From IMG/VR virus record IMGVR_UViG_3300042988_001121, positions 64,001 to 128,000 of that record: a DNA stretch of 64,000 nucleotides. One strand, given 5' to 3'. The notes below the pieces were generated by a model. That model made no database searches. It was not told the origin of the DNA and saw only the letters and a list, made by a program, of their open reading frames with translations. Every line of letters starts with the position of its first letter. Positions within the stretch are counted from its first letter, which is position 1. The translations under genes and the position numbers were made by a program. Shown here one piece after another: positions 55,378-62,851 of the stretch. The DNA is from a virus.

Positions 55378-55764
55378 TTATTCCTGCTTAATCGGACACA
55401 TGGCTTTGCCCCATGCAATGGCGTCTTCTTTGGTGAGGAAAAAAAGTCCGCGCTTCTGGTGTTGTTTGTCACAGCAGTCATCTATCCAATGGGTCATATC
55501 GTAGAAACTAGGTAAACCCGTTGATGGGTAGTAATATGTTTGAGCCATCTCTAGCTTCCCCATATAAGGCGCTGGCAATTCAAAGCCGTTGAAGGTGATG
55601 GTTTCTGGCTTGACTCGATAGTGTTCTTTTCTGTACATCACGTTAGATACCTGATATAGCACTGTGGGCCAGTCTTCATTTATCCAATCACCTTCGCCGT
55701 CTTGCCACTGAATCTGTTTTCCATCTGCAATAGCTTGCAGGATTTCTGCGTATTGGTGTTTCAT
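55378..55764 (-). CDS. hypothetical phage protein
   Basis: MKHQYAEILQAIADGKQIQ..YRVKPETITFNG.E.PAP; SD AGGAG. Confidence 0.8.
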   Translation of the reverse strand: MKHQYAEILQAIADGKQIQWQDGEGDWINEDWPTVLYQVSNVMYRKEHYRVKPETITFNGFELPAPYMGKLEMAQTYYYPSTGLPSFYDMTHWIDDCCDKQHQKRGLFFLTKEDAIAWGKAMCPIKQE

Positions 55765-55788
55765 ACCATCTCCTGTTTTGTTGAATCA

Positions 55789-55823
55789 ATTATAACACAA
55801 GTAAAGGTTATGTGTAGATTATT
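55789..55823 (-). promoter_or_regulatory. early promoter cassette copy 15
   Basis: AATAATCTACACATAACCTTTACTTGTGTTATAAT. Confidence 0.88.
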
Positions 55824-55878
55824 TTACGACAAATCTTCTAAAGTAAATTTCTTGTCGTTCACAAATTTCCTTCACGGT

Positions 55879-56460
55879 TCACTTATCGATGCCGAGTGCA
55901 ATCAATTCTTCTTTTGTCAACTTTGCTTTAGCAGAAGCGATGAGAGATGTACGATCCGCTTCTTCGATGGCTGCTTTAAGAATGTGAACAATCTTTTTAA
56001 GGTCAACATCATGAATAGTCGCCTTCTTTTCCTCAACTTCCTTCATCAATTCTTTACAGTAATCATAATTACATTCGTTTGAAGGAACATCAACTACTTT
56101 CTTTCTTTTCTTCGAGGCTTTCTTTATTTCAGTCACAATTTCCACCAAGGGGTGCATAGAGACTTCAAAATTTTCAAAATCGGAACTTGATGACGTTGAA
56201 CTGTCATAAGTGTAGTGGCAAGGTGTTCCTTGGTGATACTGATAATTGCCGCCTTTATATCCAGTAAATGTATCGATCAATGCACACTCAACGTGCTTAA
56301 TGGATTCATCGATAGTCACTTCATCAAAATTAAATGCGACTTCATAATAATACCCTCGGTGGCTGTGAGGGTTAACAGGCAGATCACTCACCCAACTTCC
56401 ACCATAACCGGGAGCAGATTTGATGGTTTTGAGAATTCGAAGAACTTCACCTAATTTCAC
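55879..56460 (-). CDS. hypothetical protein
   Basis: GTG start after SD AGGAG; PHSHRGYYYEVAF..TFTGYKGG motif. Confidence 0.75.
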   Translation of the reverse strand: MKLGEVLRILKTIKSAPGYGGSWVSDLPVNPHSHRGYYYEVAFNFDEVTIDESIKHVECALIDTFTGYKGGNYQYHQGTPCHYTYDSSTSSSSDFENFEVSMHPLVEIVTEIKKASKKRKKVVDVPSNECNYDYCKELMKEVEEKKATIHDVDLKKIVHILKAAIEEADRTSLIASAKAKLTKEELIALGIDK

Positions 56461-56484
56461 AACAACTCCTGTTTTGTTGAATCT

Positions 56485-56518
56485 ATTGTAACACAGACAA
56501 ACTTATGTGTAGATTATT
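56485..56518 (-). promoter_or_regulatory. early promoter cassette copy 16
   Basis: AATAATCTACACATAAGTTTGTCTGTGTTACAAT. Confidence 0.9.
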
Positions 56519-56525
56519 CGGGTTC

Positions 56526-57101
56526 TTATTTCGTCAACTCAGTTATGTCCGTGAATCTACGCGAAACATAACCACAGTTCTTTGTGTAATGTTTATCATT
56601 AGCAATTCGCTTAAACACATCAATTGCCTTTTCATCACGACTGCATGGAAACGATTCTCCGCACGTTCCGCCTTTCCATGAACCTTTATCCTCCCCTATC
56701 TCGTGATTATAAAGCACCTCTAGGTTGATATAGATTTTCTTTTTCAAGAACAAACGAAGGAATTTGAACAGTCCTGTTCCTCGTCTGTATTCGGCATAAG
56801 TCTTGTGGCACTGCGCCTCGATGATGGTTCCATCAAAGTCACGGAACTGGATGACAGTTTTCTTTACTGCGTTCCTTGCAGCTTCCAGCGACTTAAAATC
56901 AATTCTACCGTTCGGAAGATCACTCACATTCGCAAACTGGCTACCATCTTCATTCAGAATCAGACACTTAGTACGATCTTCTTCGACCCACGGAAACTGT
57001 TTACACCAAGATTTCGATCCTTCCTTGCCGCCCCAACTACCATTTTGAATTCCGTAACGTATGTGGATGTAGTTGTCATAAAGGGTCAACGAGTATCGCA
57101 T
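56526..57101 (-). CDS. hypothetical protein
   Basis: GEDKGSWKGGT motif. Confidence 0.75.
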   Translation of the reverse strand: MRYSLTLYDNYIHIRYGIQNGSWGGKEGSKSWCKQFPWVEEDRTKCLILNEDGSQFANVSDLPNGRIDFKSLEAARNAVKKTVIQFRDFDGTIIEAQCHKTYAEYRRGTGLFKFLRLFLKKKIYINLEVLYNHEIGEDKGSWKGGTCGESFPCSRDEKAIDVFKRIANDKHYTKNCGYVSRRFTDITELTK

Positions 57102-57116
57102 CTAAATATGTCTTTC

Positions 57117-57124
57117 TATAAATA
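57117..57124 (+). promoter_or_regulatory. T4-type late promoter consensus inside the element left end
   Basis: TATAAATA about 35 bp before the tnpB start. Confidence 0.6.
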
Positions 57125-57158
57125 ACAAAAACAATTTAACAAAAATTATACACAATAA

Positions 57159-58361
57159 ATGCAACACAAGGCATATAAGTTTAGACTGTACCCAACGAAA
57201 GTTCAAGAAGCTCTCTTGAACCAAACTTTTGGGTGCGTTCGTTTCTTATGGAACCAACATGTTGCTGCTTTCAATAGTTTTTCTTCCTTCGGTCCAAACA
57301 AAATTGTAACATCAAAACTATTGAAGGACACAGAAGAATTTTCTTGGTTGAATTCTGTTTCTGCGGCTGCTCTGCAACAAAAAGATAACGATTTTTCTGA
57401 ATTTAAGAAGCAGTTTTTCTCCAAAACACGTAAAAAGAAAATTGAGCGCCCTAAATTCAAAAAGAAAGGACAGAAAGACTCTTATCGTCTTCCTAATCAA
57501 AAGTTTACTTTGGACCAAGAAACAAAAAGAATTCGACTCGAAAAAATTGGTAAAGTGAAAATAGTTTTAGACAAAACAATACCAGAAGGCGCTAAGTTTT
57601 TATCGGTAACAATAACAAAAAATCAAACCGGTGAGTATTACGCATCTGTTTTGGTTGAACAAGAAATAAGATGTAAGGAAACAACAGGAAATAGTATTGG
57701 TATAGACCTCGGGTTTATTGATTTGATGACTCTATCAAATGGAATGGTTATACGCAACCCAAGGTGGTTTCGTAAAAATCAAGCGAAGCTAAAAAGAAAA
57801 CAAAAATCATTAAGTAGAAAAAAGATAGGCTCTCGTAGGAGAGAAAAACAAAGAATTGTTGTTGCAAAACAGCATCTAAAAGTTGCTCGACAGCGAGAAT
57901 GGTATCATCATCAAATTTCATCGTGGTTGGTTAATAATTTTGACACTATTTGTATGGAAGACTTGAATTTGAATGGAATGAAAAAATTTCTAGGAAAATC
58001 TGTCAATGATGCCGGTCTTTCTAATCTAATGAATAAAATTGAGTATAAATCTAAGTGGTACGGAAGAACCTTCCATAAAGTGGATAGATTCTTTGCATCC
58101 TCAAAAACATGTTCTTCTTGTGGCAATAAAACAGCGTTTGGTATGGATGTGCGAGAATGGACATGTCAGGCGTGTGGTACATTCCACGACAGAGATTTGA
58201 ATGCATCAATAAACATTTTGAAAAAAGGTCTTAGTGACCTTTATCAATATACTTCGGCTGAGTTAACCGAAGTCATTGAACGTGGAGAAGTCGTAAGACC
58301 TAGATTGGGTGAAATTCATCCAATGGTGGCTACTTCTATGAAGCGTTTAGCGAAACTGTAA
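57159..58361 (+). CDS. tnpB: TnpB RNA-guided endonuclease
   Basis: KAYKFRLYP; GIDLG / CMEDL / DRDLNA; CSSC..CQAC. Confidence 0.96.
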   Translation: MQHKAYKFRLYPTKVQEALLNQTFGCVRFLWNQHVAAFNSFSSFGPNKIVTSKLLKDTEEFSWLNSVSAAALQQKDNDFSEFKKQFFSKTRKKKIERPKFKKKGQKDSYRLPNQKFTLDQETKRIRLEKIGKVKIVLDKTIPEGAKFLSVTITKNQTGEYYASVLVEQEIRCKETTGNSIGIDLGFIDLMTLSNGMVIRNPRWFRKNQAKLKRKQKSLSRKKIGSRRREKQRIVVAKQHLKVARQREWYHHQISSWLVNNFDTICMEDLNLNGMKKFLGKSVNDAGLSNLMNKIEYKSKWYGRTFHKVDRFFASSKTCSSCGNKTAFGMDVREWTCQACGTFHDRDLNASINILKKGLSDLYQYTSAELTEVIERGEVVRPRLGEIHPMVATSMKRLAKL

Positions 58362-58380
58362 AATTTACGGTTTTGCGTAA

Positions 58381-58539
58381 CTACTTCGATTTCTTGGGCT
58401 GAATGAACGCAGGCAGCTTGAATGTTCGATAACCGAATTTTCCGAGATAAAAGGTTAGATCGTTGTGGTCATACCGTTTGACTCGATCTTCCATTTCTCG
58501 ACCAACACGAAACGTGATACCGTAATAGTGTGCCATCAT
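58381..58539 (-). CDS. small hypothetical protein (not in ORF track)
   Basis: MMAHYYGITFRVGREMEDRVKRYDHNDLTFYLGKFGYRTFKLPAFIQPKKSK*; ATGA overlap. Confidence 0.65.
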   Translation of the reverse strand: MMAHYYGITFRVGREMEDRVKRYDHNDLTFYLGKFGYRTFKLPAFIQPKKSK

Positions 58540-58724
58540 TCGCTCCGTAGTTGATCAATGTGCATCAAAATAAATGCACTGGCAATAACAATGTTCAATA
58601 CGGGCGCAATCGCGAACAGCAACCCAATGAGCAATGTGTTATCACTATAGTCAATGTAATCATGATATATTGCACGAATTACGTAGGCAAAACAGATTGC
58701 CATCGGGATAAAGTAGTAAATCAT
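58536..58724 (-). CDS. small two-TM membrane protein
   Basis: Two hydrophobic segments. Confidence 0.65.
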   Translation of the reverse strand: MIYYFIPMAICFAYVIRAIYHDYIDYSDNTLLIGLLFAIAPVLNIVIASAFILMHIDQLRSE

Positions 58725-59728
58725 TTTTGTTTCAACAGATATTCGTTACTGATTGACTTGAATGAAACCCGGTCATCCGAGTACAAGGTAAAAACCAGCC
58801 CTTCACGAAGAACACCGGATTTATTCAGAACTGTCTTACCATTCGCCATATCCAGAATGTCATCCAGAGACTTACCCGTAAGCGACAACTTATCAAAGAT
58901 GACAGGAACCATGTCAAGACACAGATCACGGCACACCTTCTGTTTTTCTTCTACTGACAAGTAACGCTGTGCATCAATGTCGAATACATCGAATACTCGA
59001 AGAACATAAGAATCCAGTTTATAGATGTTGCCCGAGATACCGGGACCGCACTGTTCGCCTTGGATCGCAAGATTACGACCATATGCACGAAGTTTTTCTT
59101 CTAGTGCATACTTACGTGCAGTGTTCCAGAAAGTATTATCATCCGAATATTTCAGATCAAGATTTCGTGAAGCAACTCCAAATTCATTGTTATTGAGATA
59201 TGCCGTGAAAGACTGACCCTCAAGTTTCTCGGTAACTTGCCATTCACCTGTCTGAATCAAAACAAGAACATCTTGATAAACCGTCTGGATACGCGCCTGA
59301 TCTGTTTTCTGAATGAAGGATGGGAACGACCCTTTGGTATCTGCCGAAGTGAATTCTTGTGGAGGCTCCCATTTCTGGATACCTAACACGTCTGTCAAAT
59401 CTTGACCGATGGTCGATCCTTCTGCTAAGGTAATTGGCAGCAACAGACCCTGACTCAATGCACCACGCAATTTAACGGTACGAAGTCGCTCTCCTGATAC
59501 TTCATTATAGACTCGGGGAGTTTTTCCTTTTGTTAGGAATGGAGCAAGTGCTGTTGGAATCCAGCTATCAATCTGACAATAGATAACGGTATCGCCTACT
59601 TTATAAACACCTTTTTTGTCAACTACCCACCAACCTTGTACACGGTATTGACAAATTGCATCAGCATCGGGAATGTCCCGGATTTCTTCGATACGAACTA
59701 CTTCTGCTAGTTTACGTTTCATTTCCAT
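58721..59728 (-). CDS. RNA ligase, Rnl2/DRB0094 family
   Basis: VTEKLEGQS, IQGEQCGPGI, FDVF, REGLVF, FKSISNEYL. Confidence 0.93.
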   Translation of the reverse strand: MEMKRKLAEVVRIEEIRDIPDADAICQYRVQGWWVVDKKGVYKVGDTVIYCQIDSWIPTALAPFLTKGKTPRVYNEVSGERLRTVKLRGALSQGLLLPITLAEGSTIGQDLTDVLGIQKWEPPQEFTSADTKGSFPSFIQKTDQARIQTVYQDVLVLIQTGEWQVTEKLEGQSFTAYLNNNEFGVASRNLDLKYSDDNTFWNTARKYALEEKLRAYGRNLAIQGEQCGPGISGNIYKLDSYVLRVFDVFDIDAQRYLSVEEKQKVCRDLCLDMVPVIFDKLSLTGKSLDDILDMANGKTVLNKSGVLREGLVFTLYSDDRVSFKSISNEYLLKQK

Positions 59729-59730
59729 GA

Positions 59731-59985
59731 TTACCTCACAAAGACATTATGTTTTTCGATGTTCCACTTTTCTGTGATAGGACTACCATCAGCAGCTTCA
59801 TCAACACAAATGTAGGCAACTGTCTTCTTTACAATCGCATAACGAACGCCATCAAGTACATCGATTTCATGAGTGAATCCATTCTGGATCGCCCAAGAAT
59901 CCTTAGTCACTGTGTAAGTGAACCAGTTGCGAACATCTGATTCACGAAATTCACCTACTGTGTTCTGTGTTGGTTTGTAAGCCAT
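59731..59985 (-). CDS. hypothetical protein
   Basis: SD AGGAG; first gene after cassette copy 17. Confidence 0.75.
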   Translation of the reverse strand: MAYKPTQNTVGEFRESDVRNWFTYTVTKDSWAIQNGFTHEIDVLDGVRYAIVKKTVAYICVDEAADGSPITEKWNIEKHNVFVR

Positions 59986-60016
59986 TTTGGACTCCTAAGT
60001 TTGCTGCGATGGAGTT

Positions 60017-60050
60017 ATTGTATCACAGAGAAAAATATGTGTAGATTATT
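60017..60050 (-). promoter_or_regulatory. early promoter cassette copy 17
   Basis: AATAATCTACACATATTTTTCTCTGTGATACAAT. Confidence 0.9.
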
Positions 60051-60816
60051 TTGGATACCACTTACCGAATACTTGTACCGCTTTCAGGGCTTCCTTGTCA
60101 GCATACTCAATTCTATATTGTTGAACCATTCCCATTTCATTTACCCAATTGTTCACATATGCAGCAAGGAAAACATCGCCTGCGCCAATAACATCTACCA
60201 CATCAACTTCTGAATCTCGCTTCATCATTGATGTACAGAAGTTTCCGTCAATCCACATAGGAGGATTTTCCCCACGAGTAACAATCAATCTATTCGGTGT
60301 ATTGCCGTTCAAACGCTCAAATTCAATCTGATTGATTTTAAACACAATTCTCTTATATTGTGATATGTCAGATTTTTTCGTGTCACAAAATACGATGGTA
60401 TATGATGTGTTATCTAGATACTCCAGAAGTTCGTGTGTCACTGAACCTTTATTGTAATCGCATATAACAATAGCCTCTGGATGAAACGATTGAATGGTAC
60501 GTTCAACTTCTTCTATCGTAAAAGGCAGAACCGAATTTTCTGAATCTAGCCGCATCAACAGTTTAGTACCGTCCCAAAATCTAGTTTTTGATCCTGTCTG
60601 TCGTAGCAACGATTTAACTGTATTTCCGTAACTCTCTAGTAATTTTGCTACATAACCGCCCATTCCATCAGACACCCCGGAATCTTCTATTGAATCTCCG
60701 TCTATCCACAGCTTTGGGATTTCATTGCCATGACTCTCGGTCGTATATGTTGTTGTCTTATCTGATTTGATATCAATATCAAAACAAGAATCGCCGATAA
60801 CTAAAACTCTACTCAT
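60046..60816 (-). CDS. PfkB/ribokinase-family sugar kinase (RfaE/HldE kinase-domain-like)
   Basis: VLVIGD, KTRF, LMRLD, CDYNKG, VDVIGAGDVFLAA. Confidence 0.85.
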   Translation of the reverse strand: MSRVLVIGDSCFDIDIKSDKTTTYTTESHGNEIPKLWIDGDSIEDSGVSDGMGGYVAKLLESYGNTVKSLLRQTGSKTRFWDGTKLLMRLDSENSVLPFTIEEVERTIQSFHPEAIVICDYNKGSVTHELLEYLDNTSYTIVFCDTKKSDISQYKRIVFKINQIEFERLNGNTPNRLIVTRGENPPMWIDGNFCTSMMKRDSEVDVVDVIGAGDVFLAAYVNNWVNEMGMVQQYRIEYADKEALKAVQVFGKWYPK

Positions 60817-60825
60817 GTCAATTCC

Positions 60826-61293
60826 TTATGAACAAGACTTGGCAATGCAATATTTTTGAACATAGTTCTCTTTATTGCGATAAACAGTGATTCTATCATG
60901 AAAAGTGGAACCGGGCGCGATTTTCACTGTTATTCTTTGCTGGCTTCCGTCTTCGATTTTGTAGACCACGTACATATCATGGTGATGAACTGTTCTTTTT
61001 CGTCCCTTACTCGCATTTTCGGTTGTCTGGTAGTATTTCCCCTCTAGCCCGTCATAAATCGCCGTTGTCACTTCGTTCTCGGGCGTCATCTTGACACCGG
61101 TAGTAAATGATTTGTATGAAACAAACGATGTTAAAGCGACAATTACTCCCATCAAAAAGGAAACAATTGTTTCACCTTCCCATAAAGAAAAAAGAAACCA
61201 CAATGCACCCGCTGCTATTAAACAGCACACAACTAGACCAGAATGCATGTCAACGGTGTTAATTTCTGGCAATGGAGAAATGGAGTAGAACAT
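60826..61293 (-). CDS. membrane protein
   Basis: Two N-terminal TM segments. Confidence 0.7.
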   Translation of the reverse strand: MFYSISPLPEINTVDMHSGLVVCCLIAAGALWFLFSLWEGETIVSFLMGVIVALTSFVSYKSFTTGVKMTPENEVTTAIYDGLEGKYYQTTENASKGRKRTVHHHDMYVVYKIEDGSQQRITVKIAPGSTFHDRITVYRNKENYVQKYCIAKSCS

Positions 61294-61454
61294 TATAACA
61301 ACTCAAGAAATTTAGGTGGAATAGCAAAAGGGTTTGCTCGATTTTTGAATTTGACTAGTACCATGTTATTCTTCGAAAGACCAACAATGGTGCCGATTGT
61401 GCAAATGTGTTTCTTGAACTTCACGCGCCCGTAATAACGCTCGATCCATTTCAT
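61293..61454 (-). CDS. small basic hypothetical protein (not in ORF track)
   Basis: MKWIERYYGRVKFKKH...PPKFLELL*; TAATG overlap. Confidence 0.55.
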   Translation of the reverse strand: MKWIERYYGRVKFKKHICTIGTIVGLSKNNMVLVKFKNRANPFAIPPKFLELL

Positions 61455-61515
61455 GTTAATAGCACAAAAAGCACCGACCTACCTTTGCAGAAGTCGATCA
61501 TGTAGAGTTCTGGTT

Positions 61516-61965
61516 TCATCGTTGCACCTTGAATTTATAAAATGATTCCAGTGTCTTGATTTCTTCCGCTGTCAGTTTATCAAGAACTCTTTTCACGTTT
61601 TTATAGTCTTCCGAGATAGCAATGTCCAGTTTCTCATAAGAAAGAGCAGGAGCAAAATCTTTCAGGAAATTGATGGTCGATAACCTAGACAGATGTGAAT
61701 TTGCTCCGTACTTTGAATACTGAACAAGTTTTACTTGCAGCGCAGCAAGCCGCTTCTTATACAATTGAAAGTAGGTCACTTTCCGGCGATCATTGCGTTG
61801 CTGTTCTACTCGCTTCCATGCCCTGAACAACGGCACAACATCATACAGAAACTTATTGAGATTTCTTGTATTCACACCATCGCGTAACAGATGATGGTGA
61901 CCGTTGACCCAATAACGAGCATTGGTAATCATTTTTTCAAGAGCAAGCAATTGTTCGCTGTACAT
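61516..61965 (-). CDS. hypothetical basic protein
   Basis: SD AAGGA; first gene after cassette copy 18. Confidence 0.7.
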   Translation of the reverse strand: MYSEQLLALEKMITNARYWVNGHHHLLRDGVNTRNLNKFLYDVVPLFRAWKRVEQQRNDRRKVTYFQLYKKRLAALQVKLVQYSKYGANSHLSRLSTINFLKDFAPALSYEKLDIAISEDYKNVKRVLDKLTAEEIKTLESFYKFKVQR

Positions 61966-61989
61966 AATAATTTCCTTTTCGATGATGCT

Positions 61990-62023
61990 ATTGTAACATC
62001 ATCGAAAATATGTGTAGATTATT
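61990..62023 (-). promoter_or_regulatory. early promoter cassette copy 18
   Basis: AATAATCTACACATATTTTCGATGATGTTACAAT. Confidence 0.82.
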
Positions 62024-62813
62024 CAGTAATTTTTGATGGTGAGTGACCAACGATCTTTGCATGCCACATATATACACCGCCGCCAAGATGAGTCGGCTTA
62101 GGATGAATCTCTATGTCATGCCCACGATGTAGTAGAATCTCGTTTTCTTCTTTGTGATAAGATTTTGATTTTACGCTAGATGCATTAGTTCCTGCTGGAA
62201 CATGAATCTTAAGAATGTGTGACTGAAACCCGTTATCATCAGTTTCTGTTAGATTGTGTCCGTGATGTGCATCATATGGGTCATTGAACATATCTGCTGC
62301 CGAGAATGTCTCTGCTACCTTACGATGTGTTGATGTGCTGGTGTAGGCAGGAAGATGAACATTGATTGGATTCAATCTATCATTTGCGTCAGGTTTAAAC
62401 TTGGTGTGAGGGGATTCTTTGACGCCAGTGTAAACGTGCATGTCTTCTTTTGTCTTATGTTTATCCATCAAAGAATCGATGCCAGCGATGTTTTTTAGGG
62501 TTCTTGTTCTTCCCTTGACCGACTTTCCGTTATGATAGTCATGTAGAGCATTGTTGATTGCCTTGCTGTCAGTAGTATAGGCATCAATTGCTGATTCTTC
62601 GTCATCAGTCAATTTCTTTGACAATGGAGCGACTTTCGTGTGCAGTCTGGTATTCTCTGCGGTATCAATTTCTTTGTGACCATCTGTTGTTGCTGTGACG
62701 AACTTGGTCGCCTCATTGAGAGCATTATCAATCGCATGGGAGCCAAGAATAGTTACCAAAGATGGTTTACCACGAGAATCTTTTGATTTGATGTATTGAC
62801 CGAATGTTTTCAT
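62019..62813 (-). CDS. VIP2/C3-like ADP-ribosyltransferase (Alt/Mod-like) with capsid-targeting-like N-terminus
   Basis: AIDAYT..INNAL, VYTG, YTSTS, ILKIHVPAG, EENEILL; N-terminus MKTFGQYI. Confidence 0.88.
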   Translation of the reverse strand: MKTFGQYIKSKDSRGKPSLVTILGSHAIDNALNEATKFVTATTDGHKEIDTAENTRLHTKVAPLSKKLTDDEESAIDAYTTDSKAINNALHDYHNGKSVKGRTRTLKNIAGIDSLMDKHKTKEDMHVYTGVKESPHTKFKPDANDRLNPINVHLPAYTSTSTHRKVAETFSAADMFNDPYDAHHGHNLTETDDNGFQSHILKIHVPAGTNASSVKSKSYHKEENEILLHRGHDIEIHPKPTHLGGGVYMWHAKIVGHSPSKITE

Positions 62814-62826
62814 TGTTTCCTCAATT

Positions 62827-62846
62827 AAAAAGCCCCCGAAGGGGCT
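62827..62846 (-). terminator. rho-independent terminator (UUCG loop)
   Basis: minus strand AGCCCC-TTCG-GGGGCT-TTTT. Confidence 0.88.
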
Positions 62847-62851
62847 ATATA

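Larger units (their letters stand above)
57102..58383 (+). mobile_element. non-autonomous IS607-like TnpB element
   Basis: CTA core at both junctions (57102-57104, 58381-58383); 3' scaffold similar to that of the IS607 element; no tnpA. Confidence 0.82.

Noticed and set aside
24302-62023. Promoter repeats as a CRISPR array
   Set aside because: Copies are separated by whole genes (0.3-8 kb), not 30-40-nt spacers; they contain -10/SD elements; no cas genes are present.
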